Positions 19,737 to 30,366 are shown, counted from the first letter of the stretch. The stretch is DNA of 64,000 nt from an uncultured Planctomycetota bacterium (GCA_963823665.1 CAWGMQ010000004.1:704001-768000), one strand, 5' to 3'. The notes: generated by a model from the sequence alone, not told the origin. Program-made: numbers and translations.

Positions 19737-20725
19737 CCGAGATGGCCGCCGTGGCGCACCAGCTCGACGTCGAGCGCCGGGGGTGTCGCAATGTTCAGGA
19801 ATGGCTCGGCGCCGATGAAGGGGTCGTCGAGGGCGTGGACCACGAGCCCCGGCAGTGCGATACGCCCGAGCCCGTCCTTGACGCTGCACCGAGCGTAGTA
19901 GTCGTCGGCCGATGCAAAGCCGCCGCGCGGGGCGGTGTACCTGTCGTCGAAGTCGTAGAGTGTTCTCACCCCCTGCAGGCCCGACGGTCCCAGGTCGGGA
20001 AAGTGTTGATGCAGACGATCGACCATCGCGCGTAGCCAGCGCACGAAGTTCCAGTTGTACATGCGGTTCTCGCGACGGCGCATCTGGCGTGCGCAGTGGA
20101 TCAGATCGATGGGGGCATTGGCCGCCAGCAGGCAGTCCAGGCCGTCCACGGGGTTGTCGGCCGCTTCAATGCCGGCCTTGAGCACGAGACTCGCTCCCAG
20201 GGAAAAGCCGATCAGGGCGATGGGCGAGCCTTCGGTCCGCCCGTGCAGCCAGCGCACGACTTGAAGCAGATCATCGCTGCGCCCCGCGTGGTAAATCTGG
20301 CGAGCAAGACCGAATCCATCGCCAGAGCCGCGCAGGTTCATCCGCACGACGCGGATGCCCAGTCCGATGAGTCGCTGGCTCAGGCGGCCCATGTAGTTGG
20401 CGTCGGCACAACCCGCGAGCCCATGCACCAGAACCGCGGCAGGCATCGGGGGTTCCCAGCCCTCGGGAATCGATTCCAGAACCAGGAGCCGGTCGCCGTC
20501 GGGCAATGCAATCTGGTGCGGCGCGGCGGCAAGCTTCAATCGCTCGCCCCCGATGTATCGCCCAACGATGGTCTGGACGTGCGCTCCCTTCAACAGCGGG
20601 TGCGGCTCGAAACCGGGAACGCCCATTTCACACACGGCCGGCTCGAGCCGGTCTCGGTAGCTTTCAACACTCATCGTCGCGCTACCGGCATAAACGAGCC
20701 GGTCCCCAGAAAACGCTAGGACCAA
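19646..20725 (-). CDS. YheT-family alpha/beta hydrolase
   Basis: GAHVQTI, VHGLAG, YHAGRSDDL, GFSLG nucleophile elbow, HALDDPF, GGHLGY. Confidence 0.9.
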   Translation of the reverse strand: MVLAFSGDRLVYAGSATMSVESYRDRLEPAVCEMGVPGFEPHPLLKGAHVQTIVGRYIGGERLKLAAAPHQIALPDGDRLLVLESIPEGWEPPMPAAVLVHGLAGCADANYMGRLSQRLIGLGIRVVRMNLRGSGDGFGLARQIYHAGRSDDLLQVVRWLHGRTEGSPIALIGFSLGASLVLKAGIEAADNPVDGLDCLLAANAPIDLIHCARQMRRRENRMYNWNFVRWLRAMVDRLHQHFPDLGPSGLQGVRTLYDFDDRYTAPRGGFASADDYYARCSVKDGLGRIALPGLVVHALDDPFIGAEPFLNIATPPALDVELVRHGGHLGYLSRSPWMGTRRWLDSRFSAWLSRRWGRM

Positions 20726-20840
20726 TGACCATTCTAGGCTAACATTTTGTAGTAAGCTAGGTCAGAGTATACTAAGTTCATTCGGCGAATTCGCCTCTGT
20801 AAGCCATGCCACGTCGGCTATTCGGGAGCTTCGAAAAGCG

Positions 20841-22397
20841 ATGGCAGACATCGTCCTGATCAATCCTCGGTTCGAGATTTCGTATTGGGGAATGGAGTAC
20901 GCGCTGCCGTTCCTGGGAAAACGGGCCAATTTACCGGTGGCGTGCTTGCCCCTGCTGGCTGCACTAACTCCATCTGAACACACGATCACAATCATCGACG
21001 AAAATGTCGAGCCGATCGATTGGGAACGTTGCGAGCGGGCCGACATCGTCGGCTTGACCGGCATGAGCGTGCAGCGGTTCCGGATGAAGGAGATCATCAC
21101 CGAGCTGAAAGAGCGCGGGTGTTTCTGCGTGGTGGGCGGGCCCTGGATCACAGTCCAGGAAGACTACTTCGGCGATCTGGCCGACGCGATCTTCATCGGC
21201 GAGGCCGAAGATACCTGGCCGCAATTTCTGACCGAGTGGAAGCACGGCTTGCACCAGATGCGTTATGAGCAGATTGAAAAGACCGACATGACGAAGGTGC
21301 CCACTCCGCGTTTCGACCTGCTCAAGATGAAGTACTACGGATTCGGCAGTCTCCAGTTTTCACGCGGCTGCCCGTTTCAATGCGAGTTCTGCGACATCAT
21401 CGTCACGTTCGGCCGGCGCCCGCGAATCAAGACGGCCAAGCAAGTCGTGGCCGAGCTGGACGCGATTTACGAGTCGGGCATTGATCTGATCTTCATTGTC
21501 GACGACAACCTGATCGGCAACAAGAAGGCGATCAAGGACGTGCTGCGCGCGATGATCGAATGGCAGGAGCGCCACGATTACGACCTGACTTTCTTCACCG
21601 AGGCGTCGATTGACCTGGCCGACGATCAGGAACTGATGGACCTGATGGTACAGGCCAATTTCATCGCGACGTTCGTGGGTATTGAAAGCCCCGATGAAGA
21701 TGCACTCCGCGAGGCCAAGAAATACCAGAACGTGCGCAAGGGAGGCACGCTGCTCGAGAAGGTGCACCGCATCCAGGACGCCGGAATGGAAGTCTGGTGC
21801 GGGATGATCATGGGTTTTGACAGCGATGACGACGGAATCTTCGACCGCCAGGTCGATTTTATTCAGCACGCGCGGATTTCGTTCTCGATGAGCGGAATGC
21901 TCTCGGCGATTCCCAAGACGCCGCTCCACGAACGTCTCGCCGCCGAAGGCCGGTTGGACCTGTCGGATGTATCCGAATTTGGAACGAATGTTGTTCCGCT
22001 GCAGATGACCCGTGAAGACCTGCGCTCCGGGTACCTGCGGGTGCTCAACGAACTTTACGATCCCAGGGCCTACTTCGAGCGCACCGAGGCTTTGTTCCTG
22101 AAGCCGGAATTCGAGATCGGCATCAAAAAGAAGAAGCGATGGTACGCCCCGCGATTCATTCGCAAGGAGCTGGGGTTCATCGTCAAGGGGATCGGACTTT
22201 TTCTGCGACTGATGACTCACGTCCGTGACGCAGAGTTGCGCAGCGATTATCGAAAGCGGCTCTGGCGGTTCTTGAAGGTACACCGGCGTCCGGGATTCGT
22301 CCTTTTCTATTTGTTTCACATGACGATGCACTATCATGCACATTTCCTCGCCCGGAAGATGGTCAGCCACGAGCTCCAGCTCGTGAATTCATTCTGA
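20841..22397 (+). CDS. B12-binding radical SAM protein (DUF4070-type C-terminus)
   Basis: IDENVE/VVGGP cobalamin-binding region, SRGCPFQCEFC CxxxCxxC motif, FIVDDNLIGNK, FVGIES. Confidence 0.92.
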   Translation: MADIVLINPRFEISYWGMEYALPFLGKRANLPVACLPLLAALTPSEHTITIIDENVEPIDWERCERADIVGLTGMSVQRFRMKEIITELKERGCFCVVGGPWITVQEDYFGDLADAIFIGEAEDTWPQFLTEWKHGLHQMRYEQIEKTDMTKVPTPRFDLLKMKYYGFGSLQFSRGCPFQCEFCDIIVTFGRRPRIKTAKQVVAELDAIYESGIDLIFIVDDNLIGNKKAIKDVLRAMIEWQERHDYDLTFFTEASIDLADDQELMDLMVQANFIATFVGIESPDEDALREAKKYQNVRKGGTLLEKVHRIQDAGMEVWCGMIMGFDSDDDGIFDRQVDFIQHARISFSMSGMLSAIPKTPLHERLAAEGRLDLSDVSEFGTNVVPLQMTREDLRSGYLRVLNELYDPRAYFERTEALFLKPEFEIGIKKKKRWYAPRFIRKELGFIVKGIGLFLRLMTHVRDAELRSDYRKRLWRFLKVHRRPGFVLFYLFHMTMHYHAHFLARKMVSHELQLVNSF

Positions 22398-22426
22398 ACG
22401 ACCGCGGTGGGCTCGAGGAGTGACCC

Positions 22427-23202
22427 GTGAGCGGTCTGGCAAACGGTCGAAACGGCTTTCCCGAGCTTCCGATCCTGCACTCAGTGCCTCCGCCGCCGCC
22501 GCGCACCGAGCGCGAGAAGTATGGCGGCCTGCTCTATCTCGGCGCCGGCGGCCTGGTGGTGCTCGTTCTTTTCATCGCCTGGTTCGGCTTACGCGTCTGG
22601 CAGCTCCGAGACATGTGGGCCGAAGTCTACGCCCTTCATGACGCGACGCGGTCAGAGGCCCAGCGCGTCGAATCGGCGATCAAGCTCAGCCGCGACAAGC
22701 GAGTCACCGACCACCAGTTGATGGAGATCTGCCTGAGACGCGACCTGCCCGATCGTGCTCGGTACATCCTGGCCGAGGCGATCTCGACGGAGGCGGTGGC
22801 ACGGGATCCGCGCGCTACGCGCTCACCCTGGCTAGAAGCCAGGACTGGCCCGACTGGCTGCGCCTCGTGCTCGCGCGGAGGCTCGCATACGGCGCGGCCC
22901 GCGGCTACGCCATTCCCGCATCGGCACTCGAGGAGCTAGCACAGCACACCGACCCGATGATCCGCATCTGGGCAAACTACTCGCTGGCAGTAATGCCCGG
23001 TTTGAAAACCGATGCGGGAGCAAAGCTTGAAGAAGCCCGGCGCACTCAGGACGACAACGGCAAGCTCGCCGAGATGCTTTCCGACGCAACGACCGGGCCG
23101 CTAGAGGAGCGCGACCGCCGTCTCGATGAAGCCACGATGTGGATGAGAGAGCATCATCCGCAGGCGGCAAAGATCTGGGCCACGGCCGGTGGCGGCATCT
23201 GA
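22427..23202 (+). CDS. hypothetical membrane-anchored helical protein (frameshift near 22815)
   Basis: TM segment GLLYLGAGGLVVLVLFIAWF. Two overlapping same-strand ORFs (22427..22939, 22867..23202) read as one protein. Confidence 0.6.
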
Positions 23203-23476
23203 GCGGGGATGTTGATTCTGCTGACCACGCTCGTTAGAGCGTAGTTCGGACGGAACGGATGTCCTCCAGCCTGGCGCGTGCGCCAGATCTTCGATGCCGG
23301 TCGATCTGGGGCGAGGGGCGTTCGAGGTTCGCCAGCAACACGGCGATCGGACGAAAGCGGCCGCGCCATGCCGAACCGCCGCGGTGCTTTTCAGGGACAG
23401 CGTGACTCCGCCGTTGCCGCTGTGCGGAATTTCGTGATAAATTCATCGAGTGGACAAACAACACGAACCGAGGTGC

Positions 23477-23710
23477 ATGGTGGTAGTGACTCTCACCCCA
23501 GAACTGGAAATCACGCTCGAAGAGATGGCCCGGCGGCAAGGAGTGTCCGTTGAAGATCTCGTACGAACTGTCCTCCGCGAATGGGTTGAGCGTGTTGCGA
23601 AAGGGAACGGTTCGGCGAATGACTGGGTCACACTGGTTCTTTCAGCGGGCACTGACTGCGGCGTTTCGCTACCCGACAGCGCGTTGAGTAGCGATGGGTT
23701 GTATGAGTAA
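23477..23710 (+). CDS. ribbon-helix-helix/CopG-like antitoxin
   Basis: RBS GAGGTG, then VTLTPELE..LEEMARRQGVSVEDLV. The stop overlaps the next start (TAATG). Confidence 0.7.
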   Translation: MVVVTLTPELEITLEEMARRQGVSVEDLVRTVLREWVERVAKGNGSANDWVTLVLSAGTDCGVSLPDSALSSDGLYE

Positions 23711-23768
23711 TGGCTTATCTTGTTGACACGAGCGTTCTGGGCCGATTAGCGAACAGCGCCGATGCGCC
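23710..23768 (+). pseudogene. vapC: N-terminal stub of a PIN/VapC toxin
   Basis: MAYLVDTSVLGRL is the PIN first strand with its catalytic Asp. Similarity stops at the cinA stop codon, and the rest of the ORF is cinA antisense. Confidence 0.7.
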
Positions 23769-25019
23769 TCACCACTCTCGCAACAGCGTCAACCGCGCCC
23801 AGTTGATGGCGGCTTTGGAGGCGCGGTGCTGGATGATGGCCCGCGGCTGGTCTGATCCGATGTCGAGCCGGCGCGTTTGTGTTCCCCGCGGTGTCGACAT
23901 TCCCAGGTACACCAGACCGACGGGCTTTTCCGGCGTGCCGCCCGTGGGACCTGCGACACCCGTGGCGGAAACGGCGATCCCGGCATTGAATCGCGCTCGA
24001 GCTCCAAAGGCCATCGCCGCGGCGACTTCGGCGCTCACGGCGCCGTGCTCTTCGATCAAAGCCGCCGCAACGCCGAGCAGCTCGACCTTGGCCTCGTTCG
24101 CGTAGCTCACGACGCCTCCCGGGTAGTAAGGGCTCACGCCCTGCACCGCGGTGATCATGTGGGCGATCAAACCGCCGGTGCACGACTCGGCCGTGGCAAG
24201 GGTCGCCCCGGTGCGCACCAGTTCCGCGAGAAGGGCCTCGGGCACGTCGGTCGAGCCTTCACCGACAATGAGTGTTCCAAATCGCTCGTAAATCAGCCGG
24301 GCGGTGGGTTCGATCAGCTTCGCGGCCTCGTCGTCGGTCCTGGCGGAAGCGCGGATGCGGAAGCTGATGGTAGCGTCGTGAGCGGTGATGCCGACCTCAG
24401 GCTCGCGGCCGCGGGCCGTCAAGTCCAGCGCCTGCGCTTCGATGTCGGATTCTCCCTTGCCGAAGAGGTTGATCTTGCGATGGACAATGACTTGCTGGTT
24501 GAAACCATCCTGACGCAGCCTGGGAATCACCTGCTCGCGGAACATCAGCTTCATCTCCGACGGAACGCCTGGTAGACACGCGAAGCAGGCACGGCCGATT
24601 TTCATCCAGATGCCCGGAGCCGTTCCAACCGGGTTAGGAAGCGGAACGGCGCCTTGCGGAAAGTACGCCTGGATGCGGTTTCGCTCGGTCATCACCCGGT
24701 TGCGGCGGGCAAACATCGCTGCGATTGCCGCGAGTGACTCAGCGTTCTCGACCAGAGAAACTTCGGCGCAGCTCGCGAGGGCGTCACGCGTCAAATCATC
24801 CTGCGTTGGGCCCAGGCCCCCCGTGACGACAACGAGATCAGATCGCTCGGTCGCCGCGCGGAAGACCGCGACATCGTCTGCCAGCACGTCACCCAGCGTG
24901 GTGTGCAATTCGACCGAGATTCCCAGATCCGAAAGCTCGCGGCTGAGCCACTGGCTGTTGGTATCGAGCGATTGACCACTCACCAGCTCGCTGCCGATCG
25001 AGATGATTTCCGCCTGCAT
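23769..25019 (-). CDS. cinA: competence/damage-inducible protein CinA (MocF domain plus PncC NMN deamidase)
   Basis: AEIISIGSEL..G..LDTNS, TGGLGPTQDDLT, GTAPG, LPGVPSEM, AESCTGG, HGAVSAEVA..MA.G, TGVAGPTGGT.EKPVG. Confidence 0.95.
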   Translation of the reverse strand: MQAEIISIGSELVSGQSLDTNSQWLSRELSDLGISVELHTTLGDVLADDVAVFRAATERSDLVVVTGGLGPTQDDLTRDALASCAEVSLVENAESLAAIAAMFARRNRVMTERNRIQAYFPQGAVPLPNPVGTAPGIWMKIGRACFACLPGVPSEMKLMFREQVIPRLRQDGFNQQVIVHRKINLFGKGESDIEAQALDLTARGREPEVGITAHDATISFRIRASARTDDEAAKLIEPTARLIYERFGTLIVGEGSTDVPEALLAELVRTGATLATAESCTGGLIAHMITAVQGVSPYYPGGVVSYANEAKVELLGVAAALIEEHGAVSAEVAAAMAFGARARFNAGIAVSATGVAGPTGGTPEKPVGLVYLGMSTPRGTQTRRLDIGSDQPRAIIQHRASKAAINWARLTLLREW

Positions 25020-25051
25020 GGGTGATTCTCACTCCCGCGACCCGTTCGTGA

Positions 25052-25190
25052 AGTTCTTGCAAACATGAGGGTATCAACTGAAAGAGTCTCTGGCACCATT
25101 GCTTTTCCGTCGGTTAAGATGTCCAGGACCAAGGGCGACTCCCGCACGCAGCCAGGGAGACATGCAGGAGTGCTCTTTCGACCAAGAACT
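25052..25190 (+). ncRNA. candidate structured RNA upstream of the HNH gene
   Basis: Nested complementarity: AGTTCTTG(25052)/CAAGAACT(25183); GAAAGAGT(25080)/GCTCTTTC(25172); GTCTCTGGC(25086)/GCCAGGGAGAC(25151); ACTCCCGCA(25138)/TGCAGGAGT(25163). Confidence 0.35.
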
Positions 25191-25210
25191 GAGCCGAGAG
25201 GTTGCGACCC

Positions 25211-25812
25211 ATGAGAGGCAGTGTGCTGCAACGGCCGACTCTCGTCTTGAATCGCCACTGGCAGCCGGTGCACGTGGCTCCGGTGGCGCGGGCGCTCGTG
25301 ATGGTCTGGAATGACGCGGCGTACGTGATCGACCCCGACGACTTCCAGCTCTACACCTGGTCCGACTGGGCGAAGCTCGCGCCCGGGAGGGAGAACCTTT
25401 CATCCGGACGGTGCGATTTCATCTGCGTGTGCCGGAGGTGCTGGCGCTCACGCGTCACGATCGGGCACGGCACCAAACCGTCACCTTCAGCCGTCGGAAC
25501 CTGTTCAAGCGCGATCACTCGACCTGTCAGTACTGCGGCTGCCAGCCGGGCACGGAAGAGCTGACGATCGACCATGTGATACCCAGGGCTCAAGGCGGGC
25601 AGACCACCTGGGAAAACTGCGCGCTGGCCTGCGTGCCTTGCAATGCGAAGAAGGCAAATCGAACGCCGGACCAGGCTGGGATGAGGCTGCGCCGCGTGCC
25701 GGTGCGTCCCTCGTGGAAACCGCTCTATGATGCAGCCGGAATCCGGATCGCAAGCTGGTCACGATTCCTGAGCGACGCCTACTGGAATGTGCCGCTCGAA
25801 AGCGGGCGGTGA
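25211..25812 (+). CDS. McrA-like HNH endonuclease (frameshift in a G-rich tract near 25390)
   Basis: TLVLNRHWQPV N-terminus, then FSRRNLFKRD..TCQYCG...LTIDHVIPRAQGG.TTWENC.LAC..CN.KKANRTP. Confidence 0.92.
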
Positions 25813-25816
25813 GTAG

Positions 25817-26913
25817 TCATTTCGCCACCGGAACATCGTCGATCCTTGCATAGGTTTTCGACTGCCAGATCGCCTTGTTGTCACGCGTATAGATGACAAG
25901 ATTGCCATCGTCTTGACATCTCAAGAACGCACCGGGATGCCCTTGTGTGCGCGTTTGAAAGCAGACCTTTTCGTCTTCGTCGTAAACGATGAAGTTGCCG
26001 TCGCCTTTCATCACGCAATAAGCGGCCACGCCCGCGCTGGGGCCGGCGGCGTGCGTGTTCGTCCACCACATGGCGTCGTGATAGATCTCCATCAAGTCCA
26101 GCGAATGCGACACGACCTGTGCGGCATCCACCGGAATCCGCGTGTCGTCGATGACGTAGAGAACAAGGTTTCCATCGTGCTGGAAGACCAGCCGGAAACC
26201 GGCCAGTGGCGAGAACAGACTGTCGCCGGGGTTCAGCCGCCACCCGGGTCTCAGGTCCCTTGAGAAGCGCGCGGGCATTCCCCGGTCGGGCCGCATGACG
26301 CGGCCGGGAGCGGCTTGTGCCGGACTCGCCGCTTGGCGAATCACCGGCCTGGCGGCGGAGTTCGTCGACCAGGCCGGTTTCAAGTCATGGGTATAGACGA
26401 CCAGATTGCCGTCCGTCTGAAGTCTCAACAGAGAGCCGGGATGGCCCGTCGTGCCGGTCTCGAACACGGGGCGCCCGGCTTGATCGCAAACCAGAAAGTT
26501 ACCGTCCTCCCTCATGACGCAGTACGACCCCCGGCCTTTCCCTTCCTTGGGCACATGCGTACCCGTCGACCAGATGGGCTTGGCATAAAGCTTCATGACG
26601 TCGGGCGTGCAGGCAAAGACACGCAAGATGTCCGCGGGAAGCTTCATATCATCGATCGCATAGAGCACCAAGTTGCCGTCATTCTGCATGACAAGCCGGA
26701 ATCCACCCAGCGCAGCGAACAGGCTTTCTCCCGAATTGAGCCACCAGCCGGAATTGAGATCGGTGCACAGGTTAACCGAAACTTGAAGCTCGCGGCCGCT
26801 CGCGGCCGCCGAGCCGGCGCGAGCGCGGGCCCGAACAGGGCCGGTGATCGCGCAAAGTCTAGCGCAAGAAGAACGGCCGCGGCTACCGCAACGGTTTTCT
26901 GGGTGGCGGTCAT
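25817..26913 (-). CDS. secreted tandem bulb-type (GNA-like mannose-binding) lectin domain protein (frameshift near 26770)
   Basis: Two homologous domains with QxDGNxVxY motifs (QNDGNLVLY, QTDGNLVVY, QHDGNLVLY, QDDGNLVIY). A signal-like MTATQKTVAVAAAVLLAL lies in the upstream frame. Confidence 0.85.
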
Positions 26914-27391
26914 CGTGATCCTCCTCGCGAAGGAGTCTCGGACCAACCATCTTAACGGATTTTGGCCCGGCAGCTAAGGGCCGTATCAGCGCCGCCAGAG
27001 CGCCCAGACGATCACGCCGCCGATTCCCACGAACAAGACGGGCAGGAACCACTTGTCAAGAAAGCCTTGAAGTGTTCGGGGTTGTTTCTTGGCAGGCGCG
27101 ACGGTCTTCGGCTGTGAGTTCTTCATCGGAGCGACCGGCTCTCTGCGGAATTGCCGCAAGAAGTGTCCGTGCGGAAGCGGGGACAGTTGTCATAGGATAA
27201 GTGTACTTCCCGTCAGCCGATCAATCAAGTGTGTAAGGTTTTAAATTTTTTGAATTTTTCAACTATTTGTATCAGCGTACACTGTAACGTCGACACGCGC
27301 AGCACGGGAGCGTGCGCTGGGGATTCTGCCCAGTCGCTTCCAAAAGTCGGATTCGCCACGCCCAGTGCACGGGCGCTGGCCGTTGCACGTG

Positions 27392-27841
27392 TTATCTGGG
27401 CTTGACGGTCACGTCCGTCTTGACGGAGCTGGCGATGAAGCACGCGTGGTGAGCGGTCTCATGCATCTTGGCGATCTCTTCCGCCGACGGGATCTTCTCG
27501 CCTCCAAACTTGATCTGCGGCTGCAAGGTGACCGTCGTGATGGCGAGCTGGCCCTCCGCATTCTTCGCGAGCATGCCGACGGCTTCGTCGTGGTAGTCGT
27601 CTACGCTGAGTTTCTTTCTCGCGGCGATCGCTAGAAATGTGAGCATGTGACAGCTCGAAAGGCTGGCCACGAATGCTTCCTCCGGATCCACGCATTGCGG
27701 GCTTCCCAGGTAGCCCGGGGCCGCAGAAGCTCGCACCTTGATCCCGGCATCGAATTCCCAGTCGTGGTCGCGGTTGTAGTTCTCGTACTGGAAGTCGGGC
27801 GTTTCACGCCGCCAGTGGATCGTGGCCTTGTGTTCGGACAT
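27392..27841 (-). CDS. OsmC/Ohr family protein
   Basis: YNRDH.W.F, VDPEEAFVASLSSCHMLTFL, HETAHHACFIASSVKT (two conserved Cys). Confidence 0.92.
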   Translation of the reverse strand: MSEHKATIHWRRETPDFQYENYNRDHDWEFDAGIKVRASAAPGYLGSPQCVDPEEAFVASLSSCHMLTFLAIAARKKLSVDDYHDEAVGMLAKNAEGQLAITTVTLQPQIKFGGEKIPSAEEIAKMHETAHHACFIASSVKTDVTVKPR

Positions 27842-28005
27842 TGTGATGCTCCTTGAGAGTGCTCGTTCCAGGAACACCGAGCATTGCACACGGCCGTTCG
27901 AATCGCAACGCCTCCGGCACCCAGGACGGCGAGTATGAGCGGGAAGTGTATCCCGGTCGTTCGGGCGCGGTGAATATGAGTTGCGGCCGCCCTCTCGCGT
28001 CGGAT

Positions 28006-30249
28006 TCAATGTGGTTGAGGAAGGGCTTGCCAATCAAGACGGCGGTAATGGCCGTCGAATTCGGTGATCGAGATGGCCTGGTCTGCCGCGACGTTGCGGA
28101 AGACCTGGGTGGTGTGGCTGGCAGGCCACGAGACTTCGAGTGTCGCCACGCGCGTTGCGTCGGCGAGGCCGATGGTCTGCTCCAGGGTGTTGGCGCCGAA
28201 GCTGCTGCCTGAAGAGACCAGCCGGTGAATCGATCGCGGCTGCGATCCTTCCGTCACGACCTTGATGCGCGCTCCGATCGCAGACCGGTTGGTTTTCCTG
28301 CCGATGAACTTCACGGTCAGCCAGTGGTTCCCTTGCCCGGGATTTTGAAAAAGCACATTGTGATATTTGTCGCCGTTGACTGCGCCGCCCATTTCGATGA
28401 AGAGGTCGACATCGCCGTCGCGGTCCCAGTCGCCGCAGGCGACGCCGTGGCCTTTCTGGAGGTGGCCGGTGCGCGAAGAGCCGGTGATGTCGGCGAATCG
28501 AGATCCACAGACGTTCTTGAACATCCGGTTGGGGACGAGGGTGGCCACGCTCGGCTCGCCGGTTCCCAGGTAGAAATCAAGCCAGCCGTCATTATCAAAG
28601 TCAGCAAAGTTACAACCCATGGGCGCATACACGCCTCCCAGGCCGGCCGGCTTGGTAAGGTCTTCAAACGTTTCCCCGTGAGAATTCCGGAAAAGCCTGC
28701 CAGAGGAAAGATTGTGGGGCTTACCGATCATTCCCTTGACGAAAGAGGTCAAGTCGCGATCAATCGACGCCGCGAAGATGTCGAGCCAACCGTCATTGTC
28801 ATAATCCCAGGCCCAGCAGGCAAAACCGTAGCGCGGGCCGTCGATGTTCATCTCGAGCGTTGCTTCCGCGAAACGGCCGTCGCCCTCGTTGTGATAGAGC
28901 CTGCCGGTATCCGCGAGGTTGTTCACGAACAAATCCTGGAACCCGTCGTTATCGTAGTCGATCCAGGTGCATCCCTTGGCGAAGCGGGAGGGATCTGCTT
29001 CCAGGCCGGCGGGCGACGTGACGTCTTCAAAGGTGCCATCGCCGCGATTGTGGTAAAGCCGGTTGCGCTGGCGCTCGCACGCGACGAAAAGGTCGATCCA
29101 GCCGTCGTTGTCGTAGTCGCCCCAGGCCGCCGCGTTCGAGTTTGCCGGATCAAGCAAACCGGCTTCACGAGTGACGTCGGTGAATCGGCCGGCTCCGCCG
29201 TTTCGCAGGAGTGTGGGTCGGATCGGCGAGTCGAGCCAGGCTCCGCGAGGAATAAAGATGTCCAGCGTACCGTCGTTGTTATAGTCGGCCTGGTAGCAGA
29301 CAAGCCCACCAAGCTGGTCGTTGATTCCCGCCGCCTGGCTGCGATTCTCGAACGTGCCGTCGCCCGAGTTTCGGTAGAAAGCCATCGGCACGGTGGGATC
29401 GGAGGTAGTGACGACGAGGTCAAGGAGCCCGTCGCCGTCGAAGTCGTCCATGATCGCGCCGCCGCCCTGATTGAATCGGTCGACTCCGGCCTCATGGCTC
29501 TTGTCCCGAAACTCGCCGATGTCGAATTCGGACCGGAAGAAGCGATCGATGGCTCGGTGGAATTCGGGATCGCCGTCATCCGAATGCTCGCCAAGGGTCA
29601 TGCGTGCGATCTTCAGCAGCCATCGCACCCCCACGTCGTCCGGGAAGAGCTCGAGGTATTCCTTGAAGTGCTTGACAGCCAACCGCGAACCAGTTGGATT
29701 CGAATGCACGGCCGCCGGTGCGATGGGAACAATGCACGAGCTCTCGCCGCGGCAGGCGATGCAATTGTCATTCTCACCGCGTCTCATCGCCGCGGCACCC
29801 TGAAGGAAGATGAGCGTGGCGAGCGACAGTCGCGCCGTATTCGGGTCGGTCTCGACGCTGGCTCGAAGCCCGGAGATCGTCTCGTAAGAACCCTGGGCGT
29901 CACCGTCAAAAAGCTGAAACTGAGACCTCATCATCGAGAGTTGAAGACGCTTGATCGGCGGGAGCCCGGGTTTGGCCAGTTCCGCGTCCGCCATCATCAC
30001 GCCACGACGTCCGACTCCTTCCCACCGCCGGGCAATTTCCGCAAGCGTGGCGTCGGCTGGCCACGGCTGCAACACGTCGGTGACCACGCTGAAACCACTG
30101 ACATCCAGATTCGGATGTCGCGGATGCATTTCTCCGCGTGCAACCATCACTTTCGCGCCGGTGTCCGTTGGCCGCGCCGACGTCATCACAAAGGCGCACG
30201 CCGCAACCACGACGATCGCCAGAAGCGCCGCGCGACGAAACACGACCAT
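28006..30249 (-). CDS. CRTAC1-family FG-GAP/ASPIC-UnbV protein
   Basis: Multiple DYDNDG.LD repeats, C-terminal NHWL.VK..G..TNRSAIGARI ASPIC/UnbV domain, N-terminal signal/TM and ENDNCIAC motif. Confidence 0.92.
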   Translation of the reverse strand: MVVFRRAALLAIVVVAACAFVMTSARPTDTGAKVMVARGEMHPRHPNLDVSGFSVVTDVLQPWPADATLAEIARRWEGVGRRGVMMADAELAKPGLPPIKRLQLSMMRSQFQLFDGDAQGSYETISGLRASVETDPNTARLSLATLIFLQGAAAMRRGENDNCIACRGESSCIVPIAPAAVHSNPTGSRLAVKHFKEYLELFPDDVGVRWLLKIARMTLGEHSDDGDPEFHRAIDRFFRSEFDIGEFRDKSHEAGVDRFNQGGGAIMDDFDGDGLLDLVVTTSDPTVPMAFYRNSGDGTFENRSQAAGINDQLGGLVCYQADYNNDGTLDIFIPRGAWLDSPIRPTLLRNGGAGRFTDVTREAGLLDPANSNAAAWGDYDNDGWIDLFVACERQRNRLYHNRGDGTFEDVTSPAGLEADPSRFAKGCTWIDYDNDGFQDLFVNNLADTGRLYHNEGDGRFAEATLEMNIDGPRYGFACWAWDYDNDGWLDIFAASIDRDLTSFVKGMIGKPHNLSSGRLFRNSHGETFEDLTKPAGLGGVYAPMGCNFADFDNDGWLDFYLGTGEPSVATLVPNRMFKNVCGSRFADITGSSRTGHLQKGHGVACGDWDRDGDVDLFIEMGGAVNGDKYHNVLFQNPGQGNHWLTVKFIGRKTNRSAIGARIKVVTEGSQPRSIHRLVSSGSSFGANTLEQTIGLADATRVATLEVSWPASHTTQVFRNVAADQAISITEFDGHYRRLDWQALPQPH

Positions 30250-30366
30250 CGCGTCTCCCTTCAAGCAAGGCGCGCGCAAACCTCGAACGTTTCCAGAGGC
30301 GTGTCCCGGCCTGGAGCCGCGTCGTCACGTAGCGTGGATACGCACCATCTCCTAGTGGCTTAGGCG

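Noticed and set aside
25211..25812. IscB/Cas9-like RNA-guided nuclease
   Set aside because: Only about 200 aa, with no PLMP or RuvC motifs. It fits a stand-alone McrA-like HNH.
28225..30363. Long antisense ORFs (28225..30363, 13636..15594, 56696..58297, 39550..40803)
   Set aside because: Shadow ORFs opposite well-supported genes, expected in high-GC DNA, with no motifs.
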